Source of the DNA: Terracidiphilus sp. | Lineage (GTDB): Bacteria; Acidobacteriota; Terriglobia; Terriglobales; Acidobacteriaceae | Assembly (NCBI GenBank): GCA_050014655.1 | Contig: JBEKCX010000001.1 | Span: 11,684-75,683, forward strand | Direction of reading: 5' to 3' | DNA: 64,000 nucleotides | Translations under genes and position numbers: made by a program | In this document: positions 18,644 through 27,546 of the stretch, in pieces | Layout of the letters: each line of letters begins with the position of its first letter | Position numbering within the stretch: position 1 is the stretch's first letter | The notes under the pieces: model-generated | Databases searched by the model: none | What the model saw: the letters and a program-made list of their open reading frames with translations, nothing else | What the model was told of the DNA's origin: nothing

Positions 18644-19398
18644 AGGGATATCTCCGCAAGGCTGGTTGCCGGGTTATTCGCCAGGGTTGGAGGCGTTTGC
18701 TCAATGCCGCGCGCGGTGGTGGGCATCGACTGGCCAAGAATCAGCATGTAGCCGAGATAAGCCAGGAGGGTGAAGACGGCCAGGACGATGGCGGTCACCG
18801 CCAGGCGGAGCACCCAGGGGTCGCGTTTGGGGCGGGGGGGCGCAGCCGGGGCTTCGGGGGGGCGGAGGAGCGCATAGGCGCCGCGGATGCGGGTGATCTT
18901 GTCGCGGATGCGGCCGAGAATGGCGTGAATCTCAGAGGCGTCGCCGAAGGCGAAGCGGCCGCGGTAGCCCAGCAGCAGGCAAAGGGCATGCAGCTCCAGC
19001 ACGTCGGCAACCTCGGCGGATTCGGGCCGGTTGAGCAGATCGGTCACGTTGCGGAAGAAGTATTCGCCGGCGAAGTGACCGCCGAACATCTCTTCCTGCA
19101 GCGGACGGCGGGCCCAGTCGGCGAAGGTCGGGTCCTTGGAGTTGAGGACGCTCTCGTCGAGGAATCCGATCATGGCGTAGATGGCCATCTTGGAGGCCTC
19201 ATCGCTGTAACCCATGGCGGAAGCGTCTTTGACCGCCGCTGAGATCATCTTGCGCAGGGTGGCGCGGAAGGAGTCGGCGTTTTCAACGCGCTGAACGTAA
19301 AAGCGGGTGCGCAGGATGACGGTAAAGACTTCCTGGAAGGCCATAGCCAGATTGTTGGTCTTCATCACCTGAAGAGGGGAAGCTGGAGAAGAAGTCAT
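18640..19398 (-). CDS. tssL: Type VI secretion protein TssL (DotU), short form without OmpA domain
   Basis: YAMIGFLDESVL, W..RPLQEEMFGGHFAGEYFF, LCLLLGYRGRF, C-terminal TM. Confidence 0.92.
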   Translation of the reverse strand: MTSSPASPLQVMKTNNLAMAFQEVFTVILRTRFYVQRVENADSFRATLRKMISAAVKDASAMGYSDEASKMAIYAMIGFLDESVLNSKDPTFADWARRPLQEEMFGGHFAGEYFFRNVTDLLNRPESAEVADVLELHALCLLLGYRGRFAFGDASEIHAILGRIRDKITRIRGAYALLRPPEAPAAPPRPKRDPWVLRLAVTAIVLAVFTLLAYLGYMLILGQSMPTTARGIEQTPPTLANNPATSLAEISL

Positions 19399-20747
19399 GC
19401 GGAGGTCTCCGTGATGATGGTGAGTTCAAAGGTTGCGTCGCCCAGGTCGCCGGGCAGATAGACTCCCACCTGCTTGGTCAGGAGAATATGCTGCCAGCAA
19501 GCGCCGCTGAGGGAGACGGAGAAGTAGTGCATGTCGGCCTGGGCGTGGAGCGCGGCGGGCGGGACGGGCAGGTGCATCAGCTCCAGGCCGGGAAGGGCGC
19601 GCTGCACCAGCTTGGCAACCCCCTCGGCCGAACAGACCTTGACCAGCGCTGGGGTCTGGCGCAGGATGAGCGACTCGGCGATGGGGGAGCGGATGCCGAA
19701 GATCCAGCGCGCGCGGCGCAGGCAGCGCTCGTCCTTCACCTCGGCCGCAAAGATGTAACTGTCCGTTTTGCGGAACTGAAGAGTGACGGTGTTGGATGGG
19801 GCGACGATCTCGAGGTAGCGCCGGATAAGAGCATCCAACTCCTTGAATGTGGAAGCCAGGTCGCGATGCCGGTAGGCCGGAATCTCGTCGCGGGCCGATT
19901 CGAGGGCAAAGGTGCTCAATGCGCCGGCCAGGCGGACGAGATCGCGGTAGACCTCTTCCGGGTGGCTGCGGCGGTCCTGCAGATGATGGCGCAAGGCGGG
20001 CAGGCTGGAGCAAAGAGCGTGCAGGAACCAGTAGTTGGCCACATCGAGGGCTGAAGTGCCCAGCTCGAAGCCGCCGGAACTGGCCCTCACGGAACGGGTG
20101 GAAACGATCTTCTCATCGATCGCCTGAACCAGCCGGTGCAGGATCAGAACCAGGCTCTCGGACGCGCTGATGCGCAGGCAGGGTGGAATGAAGTCGGGGT
20201 CGGAGGCAAATCCCCCTTTGCCGTCGCGAAAGATGCGAGCGATGGGAAACGAGACGGCGCCTTCGGCGAGCTGAGCCTGGCTCAACAGGACGAGGTTCTT
20301 GCGGGCGAATGAGACGCTGTTCTCGCCCTGGCCAAGGGCGTCGTCTCTGAGCACGCGCTTGACGGCGCCATACCGGGCGCTCGAGCCGCCGCCGAGGTCG
20401 CAGTCCAGACCCTGGTCCTGGCGGGGCGGAATCGCCAGGTGCAGGATGATCTCGCTGTCGGTGGAAGCGAACAGGCGGCTCAGTTGCACTGGCTCAGGAA
20501 CCGAGTCGCAGTCGGGCAGATCGAAGATGAGCCCGTCGGGCAGAATGCCGGAAGCGAAGTTGAGAATGGCGAGACCGTTGCCGAGGGCCTCCGTGTCGAT
20601 GGAGAAATGAAGAAATCCCCACGGCTCCTGGCGAAGGTTGGAGTTGAGAAACCAGAGCGAATCTTCGAAATACCGGCTCTGCGTCTGAAAATGATGCGGA
20701 CCGAGATGCATTCCTTCAGACCAGACGACCCGCGAAAGGAACTTCAT
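19395..20747 (-). CDS. tssK: Type VI secretion baseplate subunit TssK
   Basis: MKFLSRVVWSEGMHLGPHHFQ, WGF, GILPDG, FIPPCL, HPEEVY..L..LAGAL, YRHRDL, V.RALPGLEL; start taken at MKFL. Confidence 0.93.
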   Translation of the reverse strand: MKFLSRVVWSEGMHLGPHHFQTQSRYFEDSLWFLNSNLRQEPWGFLHFSIDTEALGNGLAILNFASGILPDGLIFDLPDCDSVPEPVQLSRLFASTDSEIILHLAIPPRQDQGLDCDLGGGSSARYGAVKRVLRDDALGQGENSVSFARKNLVLLSQAQLAEGAVSFPIARIFRDGKGGFASDPDFIPPCLRISASESLVLILHRLVQAIDEKIVSTRSVRASSGGFELGTSALDVANYWFLHALCSSLPALRHHLQDRRSHPEEVYRDLVRLAGALSTFALESARDEIPAYRHRDLASTFKELDALIRRYLEIVAPSNTVTLQFRKTDSYIFAAEVKDERCLRRARWIFGIRSPIAESLILRQTPALVKVCSAEGVAKLVQRALPGLELMHLPVPPAALHAQADMHYFSVSLSGACWQHILLTKQVGVYLPGDLGDATFELTIITETSA

Positions 20748-21013
20748 AGCAGGGAGACCACCATGGGCGAGAGTTGAACAGCAGGTTGGTTTCCGGATCG
20801 GTCGCGGGCGAAGCTCCATCGAGAGCAGCCTGGCCTCGATCGAAAGAATCATGCCGTCTGTCCGGACGATACTCCCAATAACCTTCGCTGAGTCTATTCG
20901 TCCGGCGTGGAGGGGTGCAACCGCATTATACGCAAAATCTTTTTGGGTAAATAGGCAAATCGGGCGCGACGGAATGATTTATGCTACCGGCATTGCACCG
21001 GAGGCCTGATGGC

Positions 21014-22801
21014 ATGGACAAAGCGACGAAACCGGATGGATCGAACGCCTCACCGTGGCCGGAGGAATCCGGTTCGGAACAGGGTTTTGGTGCAACGGGC
21101 GTTTTTCAGGTGGTGAAGACGCCGGAGGCTCCGGCTGGACCAGCCCCCTCGGGATTGGAGTCCTTCTTCCCGGAGAACCGCGCTCCGGAGCCGGCAAGGC
21201 CGCTGCCGCCGCCAGCGCCTAGGTCGCTGGCCGAGCCGGTGGTCCACAAGGTGGTCTTCGGGGCCGGCGCGGAGAGCTCGCCGGAGCTCCTGGACCGGAT
21301 GCGGCTGGCCTCGGCGGAGAGAGCGCCTCTTGCGGAGAAGGTTCCGGCGGCCGGTTCCGGCGGCGCGGGCAGCGGAGGATTCACGGAACTGCTGCGCACA
21401 TTGGGAAGCGATTCGGCCCCGCCTCCGCCACCCCCCGCGCAAGAAGCGCCGGCGCCCGCGCGTCCAGCGCCCCCGTCGGGGTTCACCTCCCTGCTGCAAA
21501 CTCTGAACGCGCCGGAAGCAGCAGCGCCGCCAGTGAGACCGGTTCCAGAACAGCCCAGATCAGTCCCCGCGGCCTCAGGTTCGAGTGGATTCACGGAGTT
21601 GCTGCGGACCACGGGGGGCGCGGATGCAGGGCCGGGAGCTTCTGGGCTGGCGGCGCCGGGACCGGGCGAAGCGCCATTCTTCGCGGGAGCGGCCGGGGCC
21701 GTTCCCCCTGCCGCCGAAGGCAAGCCGGGAGCCTTCACGCAGTTGTTCGGCACGTTTGGCAGCGAGGCGAGCGCACCGGCCCCGGCGGCCAGCGAGCGCG
21801 GACCGGCGCCCTCCGCCGCAAAGGCGGATTCCTTCACTCGGATGCTGTCGCTTGAACCACAGCCTCCCGCCCGTGAGCCGGCCTTCCAGGAAGAGCGCAA
21901 GCCATTGCCGGGAAGCTTGAATTACGGCGTTACCCCTGGAATGGCCGGGCCGGCCGCGCCGGTCCGCGATCCATTTGCCGCGCCGGCGGCTGAGACCCCG
22001 CCGGAAGAAAGCACTCCGCCGGGGAGCGGAGTCGGTATTACGCGCTTGATTCAGATGCTGGATGAGCCTTCGAGGCCGCCGGCTGTGCCTGTTGAGGCCC
22101 CGCGGGTCAGCCCTCCGCTGGGGAAGGAGCCAGGGGCCTGGACGCAGACCTTCGCATCCCTCTCCACGCCCAGTGAACCAGCGCCGGCGGCCAGAGCGCC
22201 TGCGTGGGCTTCGCCGCCGCCCTCCGCGGCAGCGGCCCCGCCCGCGCGGGAGGTGCAGTTCCCCGGCGGCCTGAACGAGCCCGTCGTGCATCCGGCAGCC
22301 TCCGGACCGAGCGAATTTACGCGCATTCTCGATGCCTCCAGGATGCGCGAGATGGCCATGAGGGGCGGCGCAGGCGCGGCCAACCTGCCCCAGGCGCCGC
22401 TGCCGCAGGCTCCTCCGCCGCCGGCTCCCGCGCCGTTTTCCCCACCCGCGATGCCCAGTTATCCGCTTCCCGCAGCGCCGCCGATGGGCGGAATGCCGGG
22501 GATGGGGGCCATGCCTCAGCCCGGCGTTTACCCTCCTCCGCTGCCGCAGCCGCCGGCTTATCCAATGAGCTACGCGCCGCCGGCCGCGGTGATGCCGGCC
22601 GCGGGCGCAGGCTTGCCGCAGCCGCCCGGAATGTATGCTCCGGCGCCGCCGCCCATGCCCGCCGCTCCGCAAGCGCTGCCGGTGAAGCCGCCTGATGCGG
22701 CGCCGGGGAAACTACAGCAACTGGTGCCTGTGCTGCTGGTGGTGATCATCGTTCTGCTGATTGCGCTCCTGGTGACGGTCATCTTCCTGATGAAGCATTA
22801 G
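21014..22801 (+). CDS. Pro/Ala/Gly-rich disordered protein with repeated G-x-F-T-x-L-L motifs and C-terminal membrane anchor
   Basis: GGAGG upstream of ATG 21014 (20981 alternative); repeated GGFTELLRT/SGFTSLLQT/GAFTQLFGT/SEFTRILDA; C-terminal LVPVLLVVIIVLLIALLVTVIFLMKH; divergent from tssK. Confidence 0.8.
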   Translation: MDKATKPDGSNASPWPEESGSEQGFGATGVFQVVKTPEAPAGPAPSGLESFFPENRAPEPARPLPPPAPRSLAEPVVHKVVFGAGAESSPELLDRMRLASAERAPLAEKVPAAGSGGAGSGGFTELLRTLGSDSAPPPPPPAQEAPAPARPAPPSGFTSLLQTLNAPEAAAPPVRPVPEQPRSVPAASGSSGFTELLRTTGGADAGPGASGLAAPGPGEAPFFAGAAGAVPPAAEGKPGAFTQLFGTFGSEASAPAPAASERGPAPSAAKADSFTRMLSLEPQPPAREPAFQEERKPLPGSLNYGVTPGMAGPAAPVRDPFAAPAAETPPEESTPPGSGVGITRLIQMLDEPSRPPAVPVEAPRVSPPLGKEPGAWTQTFASLSTPSEPAPAARAPAWASPPPSAAAAPPAREVQFPGGLNEPVVHPAASGPSEFTRILDASRMREMAMRGGAGAANLPQAPLPQAPPPPAPAPFSPPAMPSYPLPAAPPMGGMPGMGAMPQPGVYPPPLPQPPAYPMSYAPPAAVMPAAGAGLPQPPGMYAPAPPPMPAAPQALPVKPPDAAPGKLQQLVPVLLVVIIVLLIALLVTVIFLMKH

Positions 22802-22846
22802 GAGTTTGCCGGGAATCGATTCCCAGAGGACTCGTTGGAGGAAGAG

Positions 22847-23251
22847 ATGCTGAAGGGCTTTCGGGATTTTATCCTGCGCGGAAACGTCGTGGACCTGGCG
22901 GTCGCCGTCATTCTCGGCGCGGCCTTCAATGCGATCGTCACGTCGTTTGTGAAGGACATACTCACCCAGTTGATCGCCGCCGTTGTGGGCAAGCCGGACT
23001 TCAAGGATGTGGTGCTCAAGCTGAACGGCACCCCCATCTATATCGGCAACTTCCTGAACGCGGTCATCGCGTTTTTGATTGTGGCCGGCGTGGTCTATTT
23101 TGCCATTGTGCTGCCGTTGAACGCGCTCATGGCGCGGCTCAAGAAGCCCGCGCCGGAGGCTCCCTCGTCGATGAAGACCTGCCCGGAGTGCCTGAGCGAG
23201 ATTCCGCTGGCCGCCAAGCGCTGCGCCCACTGCGCCCAACCGGTGGCATAG
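22847..23251 (+). CDS. mscL: Large-conductance mechanosensitive channel with C-terminal C4 zinc-ribbon-like tail
   Basis: MLKGFRDFILRGNVVDLAVAVILGAAF, IGNFLNAVIAFLI; tail CPECLSEIPLAAKRCAHC. Confidence 0.95.
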   Translation: MLKGFRDFILRGNVVDLAVAVILGAAFNAIVTSFVKDILTQLIAAVVGKPDFKDVVLKLNGTPIYIGNFLNAVIAFLIVAGVVYFAIVLPLNALMARLKKPAPEAPSSMKTCPECLSEIPLAAKRCAHCAQPVA

Positions 23252-23297
23252 CGGCCTGCCGGCGCCCGGGGCATTTTCAGGGATAGTGCAATGTCCT

Positions 23298-23390
23298 GGG
23301 TGCCTCACCCACGCTGTCATCCTGAGCGAAGGTCGCCGCGGCGACCGAGTCGAAGGACCTGCGGTTCGTACTTTTGTTGGGGTGGGAAAC
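23298..23390. repeat. Composite REP-like element (TGTCATCCTGAGCG...CGAAGGACC unit nested inside a GGGTGCC...GGGTGGGA unit)
   Basis: tgtcatcctgagcgaaggtcgccgcggcgaccgagtcgaaggacc at 23315-23359, with a near copy at 61231-61276; outer arms gggtgcctcaccc and ggggtgggaaac. Confidence 0.7.
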
Positions 23391-23513
23391 CTCAGAGCAC
23401 GGATCACAGAAGCAATGAGAATGCTCTGCCCAGAGCACGATCAATGTGGCCTCGCCCCCCTTGGGACTGAGATACTGAGAGTCTCGAACGCCGCTCATGA
23501 AAGTGTCCAACGA

Positions 23514-25664
23514 ATGATGGTGCGCAACCCGCTTGCTGTTCTGCTCTTGCTCCTCCTGGTGCCCGCCTCTGTGCCGGCCCAGTCCGCCGGTGTGGTCGCG
23601 CCTCAGGGTGCGCCGCCGGCGGTCTTCGGATACGGCGACTTTACCGCTGAGTCGAAGATCGAGGAGAGGTTTCTCGCGGTTCCCGATGCCCAGCTTGCCG
23701 GCCAGCATCTCAAGATCCTCACCGCCGAGCCGCACCTGGCCGCGACGCCCGAGGACCGCAAGACCGCCGAATACGTCGCCCAGAGGTTTCGCGAGGCCGG
23801 CCTCGATGCCGAGATCGTGCCCTACCGAGTCCTGCTCAACCAGCCCAAAGTAGTGCGCGTCGAAGCCTTCGACGCCGCCGGCCAGCTTCTTATGACCGGC
23901 CCCACCCGCGAACACGTCGAGGGCGACCCCTACCAGGACGATCCTCGCGTGGTGATGCCGTTCAACGGATCGTCAGGGTCCGGGGACGTAACCGGCGACG
24001 CGGTCTACGCCAACTACGGCCGCTTGGAGGACTTCGACCAGCTTGCCGCCCAGCAAATCGACCTGCGCGGCAAGATCGTCCTCTGCCGCTACGGCGCCAA
24101 CTTCCGCGGGGTCAAGGTCTACCTTGCCGAGCAGCGCGGCGCCGCCGGCGTGCTCCTCTACTCCGACCCGCAGGACGACGGCTACTTCAAGGGCGACGCC
24201 TATCCCAACGGTCCCTGGCGGCCCGAGACCGGCGTTCAGCGCGGATCGGTCCAGTATCTTTTCAAGTATGCCGGCGACCCCGAGACCCCCGGCGTGGCCT
24301 CGACGCTGGACCTGCCCGACTCGGCCCGCATCTCGCCGGACGGCAACCAGCCGCGCATCATTTCGATTCCCTTGAGCTATCGCGATGCCGCGCCCATCCT
24401 GCAGGCTCTCAAGGGCGCGGGCGTTCCGCAGGGCTGGCAGGGCGCGCTGCCTTTCCGCTATCACCTGGGAGGGGTTGGAACGCAAGGCGGCGTGAAAGTC
24501 CACCTGGTCTCGCAGCAGGACTACCAGCGCCGCATCATCTGGGACGTGATCGGGAAGATCCCCGGCTCGGAGTACCCCGGCGAGTGGGTCGTCACCGGCA
24601 ACCACCGCGACGCCTGGGTCTATGGCGCCGTCGATCCCGGCAGCGGCACCGCGGCCATGCTGGAATCGGTGCACGGCATCGGCGCACTGCTCAAGCAGGG
24701 CTGGCGGCCCAGGCGGACCATGGTCTTCGCCAGTTGGGACGCCGAGGAGGAGGGACTCGTTGGCTCAACCGAGTGGGTCGAAGAGCACGCCGCTGCCCTC
24801 GAACGCGCCGTCGCCTACTTCAACACCGACGTTGCCGTCTCCGGCCCGGAGTTCAGCGCCGCCGCCATCCCCTCGCTCAAGCAGTTCGTCCGCGAGGTCG
24901 CGCGCTCGGTTCCCTCCCCCGCCGGCGGAACGGTCTACGACCAGTGGAAGAACTCTCGCCCGGAGGGCAACGAGCACCGCGCCTCCAACGCTCCGGCAGC
25001 CGCCGAAGAGGTCCACATCGGCGACCTCGGCTCCGGCTCCGACTTCACGCCCTTCTTCCAGCACGCGGGCGTGCCCTCCACCGACATAGGCTCCGAAGGC
25101 CCCTACGGCGTCTATCACTCCGTCTTTGACAACTTCGCCTGGTACACCCGCAACGCCGACCCCAGGTTCGTCTATCTCCAGGAGATGGCCCGCGTCCTCG
25201 GCCTTGAAGCTCTGCGCATGGCCGATGCCGACGTGCTGCCCTACGATTACGCCGCTTACGCCCGCGCCATCGAATCCTACATTCAAGCAGCGAAGCGCCG
25301 CGCCGGGGACGCCGGGCTTGGCGCGCTGGACTTTGCTCCCGCTGATGCCGCCGCCGCACGCTTCGCCGCCGCGGCGCAGGAGGCGCGCAGCCGCCAGATC
25401 CCGCCCGCCGGAGACTTGGCCAAACTCAATCTCGCCCTGCGCGAAACCGAGAGCGCGCTCCTCTCGCCGGCCGGCCTGCCCAATCGCCCCTGGTACCGGC
25501 ACGTCATCTTCGCTCCCGGCGAGTTCACGGGCTACGCGGCAGTCGTGATTCCCGGCGTCAACGAGGCTATAGACGCCCGCGATGCCAAGCTCGCCGCCGA
25601 GCAGTTGGCCGTCCTCACCCAGGCGCTCGACCGCGCCGCGCGGGCGCTGGCCCCCGCGCCCTGA
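23514..25664 (+). CDS. M28 family metallopeptidase (glutamate carboxypeptidase II / PA domain / TfR dimerisation domain), exported
   Basis: Signal peptide; YANYG, RYGANFRG, GNHRDAW..GAVDPGSG, SWDAEEEGLVGSTEW, GSGSDF, YHSVFD, RPWYRHVIFAP. Confidence 0.93.
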   Translation: MMVRNPLAVLLLLLLVPASVPAQSAGVVAPQGAPPAVFGYGDFTAESKIEERFLAVPDAQLAGQHLKILTAEPHLAATPEDRKTAEYVAQRFREAGLDAEIVPYRVLLNQPKVVRVEAFDAAGQLLMTGPTREHVEGDPYQDDPRVVMPFNGSSGSGDVTGDAVYANYGRLEDFDQLAAQQIDLRGKIVLCRYGANFRGVKVYLAEQRGAAGVLLYSDPQDDGYFKGDAYPNGPWRPETGVQRGSVQYLFKYAGDPETPGVASTLDLPDSARISPDGNQPRIISIPLSYRDAAPILQALKGAGVPQGWQGALPFRYHLGGVGTQGGVKVHLVSQQDYQRRIIWDVIGKIPGSEYPGEWVVTGNHRDAWVYGAVDPGSGTAAMLESVHGIGALLKQGWRPRRTMVFASWDAEEEGLVGSTEWVEEHAAALERAVAYFNTDVAVSGPEFSAAAIPSLKQFVREVARSVPSPAGGTVYDQWKNSRPEGNEHRASNAPAAAEEVHIGDLGSGSDFTPFFQHAGVPSTDIGSEGPYGVYHSVFDNFAWYTRNADPRFVYLQEMARVLGLEALRMADADVLPYDYAAYARAIESYIQAAKRRAGDAGLGALDFAPADAAAARFAAAAQEARSRQIPPAGDLAKLNLALRETESALLSPAGLPNRPWYRHVIFAPGEFTGYAAVVIPGVNEAIDARDAKLAAEQLAVLTQALDRAARALAPAP

Positions 25665-25884
25665 TCGAACGGCGGCCCAATCCCGATCTGCTGTCGCAGC
25701 GCTCCCACTGCCCGGCGGCCTCGCATCGGATTCCGCTTTCGGCATCGGAGGTCCGCCTTCCGTTACGAAAGTATCGGTCGGTGCAAATCTCCGAAAAAAA
25801 CACTTTCCACTTCTCCCACTAAAGCGTTATGATCCCCCAATTCCGGCCTCTCCACGCCGAATGTGCCCGGAAGGAGCGTGCGTC

Positions 25885-25986
25885 ATGTTCAGTGTCTTGA
25901 TCGTTCTGGCCCTCGTCGCAATGATCGCCGGCCCGGTGGTTCTGTCCTCGATTCAAAGGGCCAGATCCCGCGAACACGACTATTGA
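25885..25986 (+). CDS. Small (33 aa) single-TM protein
   Basis: AAGGAG RBS; MFSVLIVLALVAMIAGPVVLSSIQRARSREHDY. Confidence 0.5.
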   Translation: MFSVLIVLALVAMIAGPVVLSSIQRARSREHDY

Positions 25987-26065
25987 AGCCCATTCAGCGC
26001 CTACAGAATCCGGGTGCGGTGGCCGCGCTCAAGGCAGAAGTGTGTCTACAGCAGCCTGAAGCCTG

Positions 26066-26950
26066 TCAGGCGACTTCGGATACCTTCATGAAATCGAGCG
26101 CGCGGATGAGGTAGGACTTCAGATTGCGGCGGGGCACAACGGCATCGAGGAAGCCCTTCTCGAGCAGGAACTCGGCGCGCTGGAAGCCCTCGGGGAGCTT
26201 TTGGCGGATGGTCTGCTCGATGACGCGGGGTCCGGCGAAGCCAATGAGGGCACCCGGTTCGGCGATGTTCAGGTCGCCGAGCATGGCAAAGCTGGCGGTG
26301 ACGCCGCCGGTGGTGGGATCGGTGAGCACGCAGACGTAAGGCACGCGGGCGTCGTCCAACTGGGCCAGCGCGGTGGAGATCTTGGCCATCTGCATGAGGC
26401 TGACGACGCCTTCCATCATGCGCGCACCGCCCGAGGCCGCCACGACGATGAGGGGCTTGCGGTCAAGCCGGGCGCGGTCCACGGCGCGGGCGATGGTCTC
26501 GCCCACCACGGCGCCCATGGAGCCGCCGATGAAGCTGTACTCCATGGCGCTGAGGATCACCGGGTGGGGTCCAAGCAGGCCGACGGCGTTGAGGATGGCA
26601 TCGTCCAGGCCGGTAGCCTCGCGCGCGTCGCTGAGCCGGTTCTTGTAGGGCTTCACGTCGACGAAGTTGAGCGGGTCGGTCGAGCGCAGGCCGCCGTCCA
26701 CCAGTTCATAGCCGGGTTCGAGCAGCATCTCAATCCGCTGGCGGGCGCCAAGCTTGAAGTGGTGCTGGCACTTGGGGCAGACGTTGAGGCTGGCGTCGAG
26801 ATCGGCTTTGAAGATGGTCTGGCGGCAGCCCAGGCACTTGATCCACAGGCCCTCGGTTCGCACAGTCTTCCCTGCCGCATCCGAGCCATTCTCGGGGCCG
26901 GGACCGCCTGCCGCAGGGAACTCGCCATCTTCACGCTTGAACCAGGACAT
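26066..26950 (-). CDS. accD: Acetyl-CoA carboxylase carboxyltransferase beta subunit
   Basis: GLWIKC..C...VCPKC zinc finger, GGSMGAVVGE, SGGARM, DPTTGGV, GFAGPRVI. Confidence 0.97.
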   Translation of the reverse strand: MSWFKREDGEFPAAGGPGPENGSDAAGKTVRTEGLWIKCLGCRQTIFKADLDASLNVCPKCQHHFKLGARQRIEMLLEPGYELVDGGLRSTDPLNFVDVKPYKNRLSDAREATGLDDAILNAVGLLGPHPVILSAMEYSFIGGSMGAVVGETIARAVDRARLDRKPLIVVAASGGARMMEGVVSLMQMAKISTALAQLDDARVPYVCVLTDPTTGGVTASFAMLGDLNIAEPGALIGFAGPRVIEQTIRQKLPEGFQRAEFLLEKGFLDAVVPRRNLKSYLIRALDFMKVSEVA

Positions 26951-27007
26951 TCGCACTCTTTCTCGCGCGCAGCCAGCCGCCGGCCGTCCGCATTTTGCCG
27001 CCCGCTG

Positions 27008-27544
27008 TCAGTATTCTATTCCGCGCTGGGCAAGGATGCCCTTTTGATAGGCGTGTTTTACCTCGCGCATCTCGGTGACGGTATCGGCTATCTGCACCAG
27101 CAGGGGGTGAGCGTTGCGGCCGGTGAGGATCACGTGCATCATCTCCGGACGCCCGCGCAGGGCCTCGGCCACCACCGCCGGGTCAAGCATTCCATAGCCG
27201 ATGGCGTAGTTGATCTCGTCCAGAACGACCATATCCCACTCGCCGGAATAGATGGCCTCGCGGGCCTCGGCCCACGCCACCTCCACCAGGCGAATATCCT
27301 CGGGATCGGTCTCTGCGCCGCCCACCTTCACAAAGCCGCGGCCCATCTGTTTGACGACGAAGTTCGGGCCGAAGGCCTGGGCGGCATCCAGCTCGCCATA
27401 ATGCCATGAGCCTTTGAGAAACTGCAGCATGAGCACCCTCATGCCGTTGCCCACGGCGCGCAGGGCAGTGCCCATGGCGGCGGTGGTCTTGCCCTTGCCG
27501 GGGCCGGTATTGATCAGGATCAGTCCTTGGCGCGAGTCGGTCAT
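27008..27544 (-). CDS. cobO: Cob(I)alamin adenosyltransferase (CobO/BtuR)
   Basis: TGPGKGKTTAAMG, QFLKG, VLDEINYA, ILTGR, KHAYQKGILAQRGIEY. Confidence 0.95.
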   Translation of the reverse strand: MTDSRQGLILINTGPGKGKTTAAMGTALRAVGNGMRVLMLQFLKGSWHYGELDAAQAFGPNFVVKQMGRGFVKVGGAETDPEDIRLVEVAWAEAREAIYSGEWDMVVLDEINYAIGYGMLDPAVVAEALRGRPEMMHVILTGRNAHPLLVQIADTVTEMREVKHAYQKGILAQRGIEY

Positions 27545-27546
27545 AA

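Noticed and set aside
6966-22801. Prophage or genomic island origin of the tss locus
   Set aside because: No integrase, att repeats, phage genes or obvious compositional shift seen.
23286-23513. N-terminal extension of the M28 peptidase
   Set aside because: It translates the REP element (VILSEGRRGDRVEGPAV); the signal peptide begins at 23514/23517.
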